In this document: positions 38,001-50,500 of the stretch, piece after piece
Layout: each line of letters begins with the position of its first letter
Numbering within the stretch: the first letter of the stretch is position 1
Assembly: GCA_001599295.1 (NCBI GenBank)
Contig: BCGN01000002.1
Span: 496,001 to 560,000 of the forward strand
Reading direction: 5' to 3'
Length of the DNA stretch: 64,000 bases
Source: Sporopachydermia quercuum
Lineage: Eukaryota
Program-made: the position numbers and the translations under genes
Notes under the pieces: model-generated
The model's input: the letters and a program-made list of their open reading frames with translations, nothing else
What the model was told of the DNA's origin: nothing
Database searches by the model: none

Positions 38001-41000
38001 GTTAAAGCTTAGCATCAAAGTTTACTCAAACACCTCCTTTACCTGGGCATTGATAATGAAAACCTTATCTTAAAGTATCTTAAAGTTTTGGATTCTTCAT
38101 AACTATTTTTGGGAAAGCGAGTGTTATCAAATGGAAGCTTCTAATAATTTGACTGATAAGTCATTTTCTCAAATAGGCAACATCCTTGACCAAAGATCAT
38201 ACTGTATGATACATGATAAGAGTCTACTGATATCCAACGGTAATTAGCTATGGATTTCGACAGCCCAAATTGGAAAGCAGGTGAAAGTGAACTTGTTCGA
38301 ATTCATATGATTAGACGATTGAATTATAAGAAGAGTAGTTTCACCAAAGAATCGAGGAAGATGTTTTTCGGGACAACCAAGATTGAACATATTTTTTTAT
38401 CAGTCGCAAGGCTTAATACGCCGGATTAAATCGAGGCAAATACTATATTTTCATAAATCAAGTCATATTCTGTCAGCCATAAGGCTGTAGATATTTCATG
38501 AAGGCAAAGATTTTCTTCAAACAGGTGATCCAATATAGAAGTTAACTGCTACATTAATGATTTGCGAGAACGCATAACACTTACGTAAATGAATTATATA
38601 CAAAAAGTTTGATGTACAGAAGTTTTTGCATGATCGACCCTTTTTGAGTTAGGGAAGAAAATTATAGGAAGATAAATATACTGAAGTCCATCGCTAAATA
38701 TGAATCGTAGTNGTTTTTTTTTCGTACAACTTCAACTAAAATCTGCAGAAACCATTTACTCCAGTACAAACTTTAGTGATCTGTGCAGTCAAAATCTTAC
38801 CATTTCCTTGAGATGAAACTAAACTCCTGTGGAAGTTACCGAAAAAAATTGACATCTGGTCCATTTAGCTGGGTAACTAAGGGTCCTGCAAGATTTCTTC
38901 AATCTGGTGGAATTTGATCAAAGATGAGTCGAAGAAAGACCCAAAAAAAATCAAATATCTTACTCTCAAAGAATGCTATTGCAAATTTGATTATATACAA
39001 CTTGCCATATATATCAAGTGGTTTTTTATTGTATTTCCACTNTGCAGCTTTTTAAGCCGTAGGTGTACTGTATTGTATTCGTGATAACTAACTCAAAAAG
39101 GATTAGATAATCATATTCACTCATGTTAACCAAGTTTTTAAATATTAAGGTTTAATCCGAAAACTATGCATAAAACCTAAGATGCTCATTGAAACTTTAA
39201 AACAAAAGGTTTGAACTCAATTCATGGATTTCTAAAGACTGTATACCAAGAAAACCTATGGATATAATGCATAATATACAAAATTGTAAAGCTGTATCAA
39301 TATAGCTCCATTACCCAAAAAGCAAATAAGAATCGCAGATTTTTCTATTTTCAAATGAGAAGTTAATCCAATTCTTGTGTTGAAAGCGATAAATGAAATC
39401 TGGTTTCTTTATCATGGTTTGAAATAAGCCTTTTCCCAAATTATAGTTTACTCTACAACCTAATTGTAGTAAAACTTTATTTGCTCGCAGCAGAAAGTAT
39501 AATAATCTGTTTAAGCTCAAGGGAATAATAATTTTCATTTCAACAAAGATGGGATATACTCAGGTGAATGATTCTTCGTTAATCTTATTGAATTATAATG
39601 CTATTACCTACTTTTTGCCATGTTTGAATGATTTGTAAGCTATTGTTGTAACCATACAAGGTCGGTATCCGATAAAAAGTCTCCTTTCTAGTTTCAGAGA
39701 ATTAAGGGTATTTGGCTGGTCGGTGATAGGAATGAGCGGTCCCTGCAATAAAAAAAGTACAATCTCAAATATATTCATACTATAGACACAATTCAGCCAA
39801 AATCTCTTAAGAAATGTATATCAAAATTCGTTAATAGATTACTTAAAATATAACCGAAAAAATGATTTGATGGATTAAGAAGGGTTTTCAATGGATCTCA
39901 TTAAATCAGGACCCTCAGTATGTTTCCATAAAAATCAGAGGAAAAATCCTTACTATCTCGAATCAATATTGATACAGTTCCAATACCTCAGGTCAATAGA
40001 TCAAACAACTGAATGTTATTTTATTCTTATAAACCATAAAATATAATCTGTAATAATAGATCAAATGCTCTTTAGCGTCCCCAGTTTCAAGAACAATGTA
40101 ACATTAGATTTCATGGTCTTTTTTTAAGATTCAAATTAATTATATTGGTGATTGAACATTGTATGTAGATTTCTTATTTTCTTTTCCTTTTCCGAGTTTT
40201 CTGTGGAGATCGCCATGTAATACTTTTCTTTACAGAACATATCGGAAGCAATATAGCAGAACACCGATTTCTTTTTAAGAAATTATGTATCAAGGAGTAA
40301 TTCAAGTTCAGAGAGACAGTTTTCTTGATAATTCACGAAAATTTGATAACTATTATATTTTGTTTTCTGCTACAATTACAAGGTAGTAATTATTTAAACA
40401 GAATACATCGTTTTACAAGCCGCGCATAGAAAGACCCTAAGTTCCAATCGGTGATTCAAAATTGTGAGTGAGTTCCGCAAACTAAAGAAGATAACAAATA
40501 CTTTTCTATCTTACTTTCGAACGTAACTCAGCAGCGAACTTCCAATCAATTGTAATTGTTACATAAAACAGTTTATTCACATGCAAAATTTTCACTGCCT
40601 TCATTGAATCAAGAGCAATTCTTTTTTCTCCTTACCTTTCGAAGATATTCATTGCTTTGCAAATTTCTGTCTGGAAGTCTGATGATGTTCTATCGAGCTC
40701 GTTTGACCTCGTTTGTCAGTATGTTCTGCCGCATACGAAACTTTCACTTTCTGAGGAGGAAGGGAACATTTACGGTATAAAACCGTTGAAGCTTTTAACC
40801 TTAAAAAAAGCAATCTATTACATTTTATTTTCATCTTAGTATCTAAGTCAACCAAAGATTAATCTATATTTTATGATTATTTATTTTATCTTTTAAACGG
40901 AGATATCCTACATGAAACATATAATTTATCCATTTTCTTTTCACTGAATTATTTTCATGTAAGCTAAGACTACCAGAGACATTAGGCAAAAGTATAATTA

Positions 41001-41288
41001 ACGTTCAATGTACAACTCCGTAATAATGAACCCTTAATTCGGGCATTGTAAAGAAAAAAATGATCCAAAATGATGGATTTAGAAGCTAAAATAAACCTTA
41101 ATATCTAGAGTTCAGACATCTAGCATTATCATCATACAATTAACATTCCATTGCCAAGAAAGTACGAATAATTGTTAAATACACTTCGTTGTTAACTTTG
41201 AGTCAGATAAAGAATTAATCTTGCTCTAAATCTATCTCTTTGCTGACTGTCATGTCCATGTTCAATAATGATAATACTAAGTTCAATC

Positions 41289-41309
41289 AATATATATATA
41301 TATATATAT
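41289..41309. repeat. (TA)n microsatellite, possibly serving as the TATA element of permease copy B
   Basis: A run of about 10 TA units, roughly 200 bp upstream of the ATG at 41509. Confidence 0.75.
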
Positions 41310-41508
41310 CGGAACAAAGCCAGTTTATGAATACCAGCTTTGACTAGATCCCATAGCAGATGAACATTTTTCTGTTTGCTGATTCTTTATTCATTTTTCA
41401 ATTATTAGAAACATTCCAAAAATAATTTTACTATTTACTGTTGTTTACCTCAGAGATAGTGAAGGGATTGATATATCAACAGTCAATTCGTTAAGCATAA
41501 CCTGAAAA

Positions 41509-43290
41509 ATGGCTGATCCCGAAGTTCAGGCAGGCGCTGCCCATTTTCACCTTGATCTTGAAACCATCAAGACATTTCCATCAAGATGTTATCGTAAATG
41601 GACAACAAAAGATGGGTTATTAGGTGAATACAATTATGGTTATTTGTTCATGCCTAAGATTCCTTTCAAGAAGACTACACCTAAACCCTCACCTTTTTTC
41701 CCTTTGAATGGTGACATGCCTATTGTTTTGGGTTTTATTTTGGGTCTTCAACATGCATTAGCTATGCTTGCTGGTGTAGTAACACCTCCACTAATTATTT
41801 CCTTAGCAGCAAATCTTGAAAGTGATGTTCAACAGTACATGGTTTCTGCTTCATTAATTGTATCTGGATGTTTGTCATTGATTCAGATTACTAGATTTCA
41901 CATTTACAAGACACCTTATTACATCGGAACTGGTCTGGTTTCAGTAGTTGGTACTTCTTTTGCTACAATTACGATTATCAATGGTGCTTTCCCCAAGCTT
42001 TATGCAAATGGAACTTGTCCAACAGCTGCAGATGGAACCCAGCTTCCTTGCCCCGATGGATATGGTATGATCATTGGTACATCAGCTTTGTGTTCCCTAA
42101 TCGAAATTTGCCTTTCTTTCTTACCTCCTAAAGTCCTACAAAAGATTTTCCCATCTATCGTCACTGGTCCTGTTGTTTTACTTATTGGTGTTAAACTTGT
42201 TACTACTGGTATGCAGAACTGGTGTGGTGGTAGTGATTGTGTCCATGGAATGTGCCCACCTAATCCTCTGGCTCCAAGAAGGGCACCCTGGGGTTCCGCT
42301 CAATTCATCGGTCTTGGTTTCCTTGTTTTCGTTACAATTGTTATCTGTGAAAAGTATGGTTCACCTATCATGAAATCATGTGCCGTCATTGTTGGTTTGT
42401 TAGTTGGTTGTATTGTNGCAGCAGCATGTGGATATTTCANNGATACNGGNATTANNGCTGCTCCTGCTGCTACCTTTATCTGGGTCCACACTTTCAAGTT
42501 AGGTTTATATGGACCTGCAGTTTTACCGTTCTTAGCTGTCTANATTNTTTTGATGATGGAAGCTATTGGTGATATTACAGCTACTTGTGATGTATCTAGA
42601 TTGGAAGTTGAAGGTAAGATTTACGAGTCCAGAATTCAAGGTGGTGTTTTAGCCGATGGTTTGAACGGTTGTTTCGCAGGTCTCATGACTATCACTCCCG
42701 TGTCCACCTTTGCCCAAAACAATGGTGTTATTTCTTTGACCAAGTGTGCCAACAGAATGGTTGGATACTGGTGTTGTTTCTTTTTGATCATCATGGGCGT
42801 CTTCTCCAAGTTTGCAGCTTCACTGGTTGCCATTCCTAAGCCAGTTTTAGGTGGTATGACTACATTCTTGTTCACATCCGTCGCTGTTTCTGGTTTGAGA
42901 ATTATCTCTACCATCAGATTCACTAGACGTGACAGATTTGTTCTTACTGGTGCTTTAGTTTTTGGTTTTGGTGCCACCATGGTGTATGACTGGTTCTCAT
43001 ATGTCTTCACCTATGAAGGTGATAACAATGGCCTCAGAGGTTTCATGGATGCTATCGAATTAGTTCTTCAGACCGGTTTTGCTGTTGCAGGTATTGTTGC
43101 ATTGATTCTCAATTTGATCATTCCTCAAGAAGATGATTTTGCTGAAGAAGAAGAAGAATTTGATGAGACTGGTATTGACCCATCAATGAATAACAATGGT
43201 GCTTACGCTCCTTCATTCACTGGCTCTGATACCACCCCAAAGGAAAAGATTGAGAGTGACAAGACTGACAGTGACAAGGAAAACATTTGA
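41509..43290 (+). CDS. NAT/NCS2 uric acid-xanthine permease, UapA/UapC-like (copy B)
   Basis: Close paralog of copy A with the same GLQH and FAQNNGVISLTK motifs. Confidence 0.93.
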   Translation: MADPEVQAGAAHFHLDLETIKTFPSRCYRKWTTKDGLLGEYNYGYLFMPKIPFKKTTPKPSPFFPLNGDMPIVLGFILGLQHALAMLAGVVTPPLIISLAANLESDVQQYMVSASLIVSGCLSLIQITRFHIYKTPYYIGTGLVSVVGTSFATITIINGAFPKLYANGTCPTAADGTQLPCPDGYGMIIGTSALCSLIEICLSFLPPKVLQKIFPSIVTGPVVLLIGVKLVTTGMQNWCGGSDCVHGMCPPNPLAPRRAPWGSAQFIGLGFLVFVTIVICEKYGSPIMKSCAVIVGLLVGCIXAAACGYFXDXXIXAAPAATFIWVHTFKLGLYGPAVLPFLAVXIXLMMEAIGDITATCDVSRLEVEGKIYESRIQGGVLADGLNGCFAGLMTITPVSTFAQNNGVISLTKCANRMVGYWCCFFLIIMGVFSKFAASLVAIPKPVLGGMTTFLFTSVAVSGLRIISTIRFTRRDRFVLTGALVFGFGATMVYDWFSYVFTYEGDNNGLRGFMDAIELVLQTGFAVAGIVALILNLIIPQEDDFAEEEEEFDETGIDPSMNNNGAYAPSFTGSDTTPKEKIESDKTDSDKENI

Positions 43291-43699
43291 AGGGCGCTTG
43301 ACAGCTACTATTTTCATTTTATATTTCATATATGTATATTTTTGATATAATTTTTTCAGTAATGTGGGATACAGCTAGAGACTAATACTGTATTTATTAA
43401 TAATTTTTCAAATAGTCTGAGAAAGCAATATATTTTCTTAGTATTAAAATAAGTCTTCACCAACGTTAGCAATATACGTCGTATTTGTGAAGGAGTGTTT
43501 AAACGAAGGCTCTTTTAGATACCTCTAGATCTGGTGTAAACATTAAATTAATTATTTAAATCTCCTGAAGCATCATCTCGTATCTCGCATGGAGCTTTGT
43601 ACCGGTTGAATTTTAACAAATATTACGATGAAATGGACTATTTGAACTCACTTTCACATAAGCGTCATGAACAAAAAGTCCTCTTGCCAAATGATAAAC

Positions 43700-44610
43700 A
43701 AGTAATCCGAAAACAATTCCAGCAGATGCAGAAGTGATCGTACAATCGTTGAATTATCTCCAATTCATTAGTACCTTAATAAAGTCCGTTATTGTAGGCG
43801 AACAAATAGGATCTTGCAGCTTATCCATATTGGTCAACCAGTAACTCAGGAGCAAAAACCATCAACACAAGGTCCTGAATAAGTAAATACAGCAACTGAG
43901 TCATCCTTATCATCAATTGCTCCTACGGATAATATCCTCTAGCTGAAGAAGGAGAATAATCACAGGCAGACATGGCCTTATTCCCTGCTGATATCTCTAT
44001 TGTTATATCCTGTTTCAGCAATTCCTCTAGGGCATTATTCAAAATCCGGTTTTTCGCAAGGGACATTGCAATCGTTAAGACACTCGGGCAACCGGTGATT
44101 TCAATAATCTATATTGGATATGTTCAATACCTGAATTACTGTGGTCAAAGAAGATTCCCCTCGTTTGCTGGCAAATCTAGGGGAAATTCGCAAGGTCTAC
44201 TTTCTTTGCAACCTATATGTTCTACTTCCAGCAATACATATATTTGTGTCAATTCATTTAAATAATACTTCAAGCTGTAGTGTTCTCACCTGTAAAATCA
44301 ACACCAGCGGCAGCCTATTTTCGAAATCTTTATGTTGAAATACACCAAAACCCATAATCTATATATCGACACCAATACCCGTACTATCGTCATAAGTGTA
44401 AATACTGCTACCATCAACTGGTTAGTTGTCCTTTCTCCAATATGCAGTTATCACTTATAAAAATGGGGTCTTCAGGGCACCTGTTTCCTCTAATTTTCCT
44501 TAACTTGACAATCAGCNAAATGGCTTACAGCATCTTCTTCGATTTTGTCAATGGTCAAAACTCTATTCAGGGAGATGGCTGTAGCCTAAGTTTGCTAATC
44601 GAATGAAGAT
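43700..44610 (-). pseudogene. Decayed subtilisin-like (S8, proteinase K/B type) serine protease pseudogene; boundaries approximate
   Basis: Minus-strand fragments in the correct order, across stops and frameshifts: IEEDAV, YTYDDSTGIGVDI*IMGFGVFQHKDFENR, GVDFTG, IAGSRTY/VAKKVDL, SAGNKAMSACDYSPSSA, VGAIDDKDDSVAVFTYSGPCVDGF. Confidence 0.85.
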
Positions 44611-45654
44611 TAGAAATGATAAAATTCCCTGGGTTATAAACCACCAGTTCAATCATGCATAATTATCAAAAAAGGCTCCCCTGAGGGAGTCTGTCCAAAT
44701 GACCCATGAATACCTTGAAAATTTCCAATTTGAAACTATAGCTGACTCACCCCCATTAAATTCACCATGAGGTCTCTCAAGAAAGTCACGGATTGGGGTT
44801 GTTTGGTGAAATCTGTATAATGTAGCTTGGAAGCTCATTGACCCTTCCAAATAGAAGCCACAAGAACCCGAATGATCTAAGTGTAGCATCTTTAACAATA
44901 AGCTTGCTCTGTTTCGTGCTGTTTTGACTTCGATATTTTTTTTGCTCCACTACATCTAAACTTAAGCACATGCAGTTACTCAAACATCGACGTAATTCTT
45001 TCAATCAAGCAGACAGCAAATATCAAAGAAGATGTGGAGACATTGTCATTTATAGATTATGGTCTCACAATTGATGAATCATATTACAAATGCACTATTA
45101 TACATTTGTAGTTCTCATGAACAGAATAAATTGTCACATGCAAATATTCAGAACAATATAACAACAGAAGAGCGTGGAATTAATTTCCATTTCGGGATTT
45201 TCTTGAACTTCTCAAAAGTATCTGGACATAATTAGAATCGTAAATATTAGAAGGTCGAAACAAGCATTTCGTCTATCCGAGAGCTTTACTTTCTTTCTAC
45301 TACCAAAAATATCTACTATTAAATTACTAAATAGTAGGAAAATTAGCTGTTTATTAGTTGCGTCTGAAACTGAAGTAGCGATACGTCCATTAGCTGAAAC
45401 TCAGCTAACATGAAGAGGTCTCATTATTCAACATTATAAGAGTTGCTACAGTTATACCAAACAACAAAAAACGAACTTCGATGGATCGTTTAGTATAAAG
45501 CAAAACAAAACAAAACAAAAAAATTTTTGATATTGGGAGGTACAGCTAATGAAGCTTGAATTTGTTCAATTTTTCAGTGGCTTCTTATTGTCTTTTAATT
45601 CACTGATTGCTGTGACTCCTCGTCGACCGACCGTTTGTTCAAGATTATTTTTAG

Positions 45655-46478
45655 CTACTGGTCTATCAAACTATCAAAGTCAACAACTTCATCATAATCA
45701 TTGTACGTATACAAATCACTTGATTCATGCTGAAGATCAGCATCGTTATAAAACATCTCAGAAGGATTCACAAGCTGATTATCATTTTGGAAAGTTGCAC
45801 TTTTCTTTGCATTCCGTGATTGTATTTCTTTTATCCTTTTCCTCTCTGCTTCCATCAATTCCTTCTAAATTCAGCTGTTAGTGGAGTTCAATATTTTATA
45901 ATAATAAAAAAACCGTTTGATGAACCATCAGCAATCAATCTAAAGTTCGTTATTCCTTACCTCTCTGTATTTTGCAAGATAGATCTTTAGCGTTTCTGCA
46001 TAATTCTCAAAACCCAGAGTGTCCATTGCATACAGCACATCTTCACCATTCAGAGTCTTACGCTTATCAAGATTGCACCTTTCAACAGCTTCACTTGTAA
46101 TGAACGATATGAATTCCGAAACACATTCTTGAACGCACTCTTTAGCTTCTTTTGATATTTTAGCCGATGCCGGTAGACTTGTTCTCATAATTCTTCCAAC
46201 TATTTATTATTGTTAGTAAGTTATGTGGGTATCGTTTCGCGTATCTGTACTACTACCGGCAACTTTAGCAATTCTTGTACTATACGCAGGTGCTCCTACC
46301 ACTTTTCAACAACCCAATAGCACGAATTACAGCTGATCAAATAGTACTCACCATTAGCAATTGGCAACCATCTGTCCTGTTCTCTGATCTCAAACTCAAT
46401 CTTTTTGTCATCCGCACTGTTGACTTGGTTTCCTTGTACCACTTGANTTTCTTCTTGCGTTTCGTATTTCACCGCCAT
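45655..46478 (-). CDS. HAP3: CCAAT-binding factor subunit B (NF-YB); exons 46352-46478, 45961-46199, 45655-45864
   Basis: [49 protein letters not shown]...[10 protein letters not shown]...YLAKYRE. Donors GTGAGT and GTAAGG; branches TACTAAC and CACTAAC. Confidence 0.94.
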
Positions 46479-47587
46479 ATTTGAAAATTAAGAAAGATTC
46501 AAAGACCTTTCCTTTTTTCCACTCTACTAATCTATCAAGAATTATCCTATTTCCAAGGTTTAAGGCTTATTCATGGGTCAATTGAATGTTACTCAATAAT
46601 GGCCAATTGTTCGTTCCTTCAACCAATACTCAAACTGTCACCCCAAATAGCTTTATCAAAGCTTTCACCCATATCCAGCATTTGTTTCCTCAGAAAAACC
46701 ACATAGTATCAACATTGACAACAAGTCCCCGGCGAACTTTTGACCGTCGTTCGTTCCTCTTTATTCTTTGCTAACTTCACTTGTTGCTAATTGTTCATCT
46801 TCTTTGCAATCCTTTCATAAAACTGTTCTTTCACCCCTTTATTTAAGATTTGACAACTTGTATCTGTTTTAGGATAAAGGAGAATCATTTACGAAAACTT
46901 AATTTAAGGTCTGCATTATCTTTTTCATCAGTAAATATCACGTGAAGAAGTAGTTTGAAAGAAATGAAGAGAATGGCTTAAAATATACTGATCTATAATT
47001 GAAAATAGGAATACAATAGTTCAACTGTTCTCTGTCATTGAATGTAAATATACATGTTGGAAAACCTTGTTGGGGCATACTCCATTGGAGTTAGCCAAAT
47101 AACGAATTGTTTGTTGTGAAGGTCATCGTTCTGTTCAGATACATCAGCGANTATACAACTCAGAACAGCATCAAAGATACAACCTTTAGCTCATAATTAT
47201 TCACAAAACATATTCTTTGATGTCGCAAAGTATTACGCATCGTTTTGACAATTAAGTTTTACTGCCGTTGAATTTTTGCTTACTAAAACTTGTCTTTTTA
47301 TAGTTCTCATACTGTCATTATTTATTAAGATTGGTCATATTGAAGTCCTAGAGGAGATAATAATTAAATCTTAGAATAATACATCACTTAGCTTTAGGTA
47401 GTCAACCCTTCAACCCTACATTATTTACATTTTTAATAGAACCATCATTAAACTATAATTACGTCTATGATTAATGAATATATTATTACTATCTATGCAA
47501 ATGAATTGAAAACATTTCTAATGAAACTTTGATGCATAATATAACCAGCAAAACAGACACCCGAACTTCCGGTAAAGGAAAGAGTAA

Positions 47588-50500
47588 CTATGGCAATGAG
47601 GTATTAGATGAATTATTTCCTCGGTTCAAGTTGTAAACCAGGTTCGATGGTGATTCGTTTCCGGCTTCTTCTTCACTCTTCAGGTTCAGGGAGTCCAAGT
47701 CGTTGTCTACTTCCACTCGATTTCCGTTTTGAGACTTCGCCCTAACTTGACTTCCACTTTGCGTTCCGCCTGACCCCTTTCCATTTTCCTGCTTCTTCTC
47801 TTGTAACTCTTTTACCAAATCTATCAACTTGTTCGAGCTTTCTTCATCAAATTCATCTCCAGAGCTTATAGGCGATGCCCCACTTGTCGCACTTCTGCTT
47901 CCGCTTCCACCTGTGGTCAAAATGGGTGAAAATGCCATAAATGTATTGACTTTGTTTCTTCCAAAACCTCGAAATGTACTATACTTCTTCCGTGCTCCAC
48001 TTACCATTTTCCCGTTTGCCCCACTTTCTTCACTTTCCTCACTAAAAACATACAGAACTCCAACTACAACAAACACCACAATTCCTAAAAATAACACTAA
48101 GACAACCTCCAGCACCCGCAACATTCGAACCGCTGAATTGAGTTCCGATATCCGTCCCGAAGACTCTTGAATATACCCTTGTAGCTTCCGCTGTTCTCGG
48201 TTGAGCTCAGTAAACATTTCTCGTCTCATCTCGGTGTACAGGAACTTCAACTCATCAATCTCCTTAACTACAGTCCCATTGAGTCCCTTTATCAACGACA
48301 GGAGAATCTTGTTCTGTCGTTTATCAAATTTGCCTAATGCATCTTCAGCAAATTTAGCTCTTTCATGGAAATATTGAAATGTTAAAGAAGCATTTGATTC
48401 AAGAAATGATAACCGGTTCATTATTTTTTTATAGATTGATTCTTGAGTTGATACCGAACCAGATGACGAGTCATAATCAATGCTAGGGTTACCATCAGGG
48501 TTAGGGCTTGAATTGGGATTACTCGTTGAGTTATAATTTATGTTGTAATTATGGTAATTATTGTCATCCTCTGATTCTGTAAGTTTGTTTTTATTTTTGT
48601 CAGAACAACCAATTATTCCATTTACTTCAATACATCCATCATTTATGTTATCATTGTTACAGTTATTGTTATTGTTGTTATAGTTATCATTAATATTATT
48701 ATCATTGCATTGATTGTTATTGCAAATCGAGCTTTCCAAATATTTTGTCATTGCCGCTAAGAACGGATCAATCATTCCAATTTCAAATTCTGTTTCAAAT
48801 GATGGGTCTAACAAAATCTCATTCATTATTGAAGATTCATTAAGCGGTGTCAGAGAGGGGTACTTTGGATCTACTTCCGAGAGCTCGATATTTCCACTTC
48901 CACTTGTACTTCCGATTCCACTTCCGATGCTCTCCTCGGTAACCCCCTTCTCTTTCGCTTCTTTCCCCTCTTTCTGATCTCGGAACTCTTCCATCATTGT
49001 CTTCCCATACACCCTTAAAAGTGACACAGGACAATAAAACTCAGACCCATAATGCTCTAAAAATTCAACCCGGAGATAGCGAGCCCAAATCAACGGGTTA
49101 GCAATCTGAAAGTATTGTAAGTTCCGTTTGTTCTCGGCTTGGAACTCGCCTAATATCCTCCATCCTGAATCGGTTCCTGTTTTACTGTCATCACTATTCT
49201 TCTTATTANTATTAATGTTATTGCTACTAGTTGGGAAGCGATCTGCCACACTGATCCGGATCGTTTTAAACATTGAACTGAAAAACTCAAAATTGCCGAT
49301 AACAACAGTTTCAACTAATATATCATTACACATCTCAACTATCACGTATTTATTCTTAACTGAGCATTCATTGAGCATGTAAATATCCTTATTCTCTGTT
49401 AGAATAGCATTTGCTTTGCTTGCTTCTTTGTTGCTTTTAACAATAGTAGCTGCGCAGTCAATTGATGCATAATTAAACCGTTCAGCATATAATTTACCCT
49501 CTGGTTCTGGGTTTGACTCGGGTAGGTCTGAACCGGATGAGAAAAACCCGATATCAATTTCTAGATCTTCCCCAACGGGTTCATCGGAAGTCCTTTGATT
49601 ATTGTTTCTGTTCACTGAATTTATGTTATTATTATTGTTGTTGTTATTATTATTAAATTGATCGTCTTGTCCCAATTCTTTTAGTTTGTTTCGTTTCCAA
49701 TCGTCAAAGGAAATGAACTGCGGCGATGAATCAAAATATAGTAAATCTTCTTCAATAATGCCTGCTGATGATGACAATGACAATGTTGTTGTTGTTGTTG
49801 TTTTTGATGGTGATAATGGACTCTCGTTGTCAATTGATTCTATGATAGTGTTAATATCTTGTTGGAATAATGTCTTGGATAAGGCGTTTACTGATTGGTT
49901 AGGAAGAGTTACGATTGGAATATTGGTTGTAGATGTACTTGTTATCGGGGAATTAATGTCAGTACTTGCTTGTATTTCTGCGACAGTTTGTTTAGTAGTT
50001 TTCGACGTGTCTTCGGCAATTTTTATACTAGATTCTGCAACACTATCTTCGTTCATTTCTGCATCAATCTTTGCATCAATTTCAGCAGTTTCTGGTTTTA
50101 TTGATATTCTANTCTGCTTTGAAAGAATTGAAGCTTCAATTTGTTGAGAGTCTTCAGTATTCTCTGTTTCGGGTTCGATTATCATATCAATAGGATTGCG
50201 AACAATACTAGGGTTGTTGCTAACTCTGCTAGTACCAATAGTATGATTTATTGTATTAACATTATCGTTGATCATGTTGTTGTTGATATTATTGTTGATG
50301 CTGCTTTTACTATTGTCATTGTTATTGCTTTTATCAACAATAGTATTAATATCACGACTAAAACTGTCAACCTCAATAATGTCATCATTCACACTCGTAC
50401 TCACAGAACTTATTGCATCTATAACAATACTACTATAATCAGTGTTGCCATCAACGATAATAGTAGGATCTTTATTAACATTATCATTAATACTGCCACT

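Larger units (their letters stand above)
33274..43290. repeat. Inverted repeat formed by the two permease paralogs (arms 33274-35052 and 41509-43290)
   Basis: Identical blocks 33878-34272 / 42289-42683 (395 bp, including 9 shared N positions) and 33331-33426 / 43135-43230 (96 bp). Confidence 0.95.
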
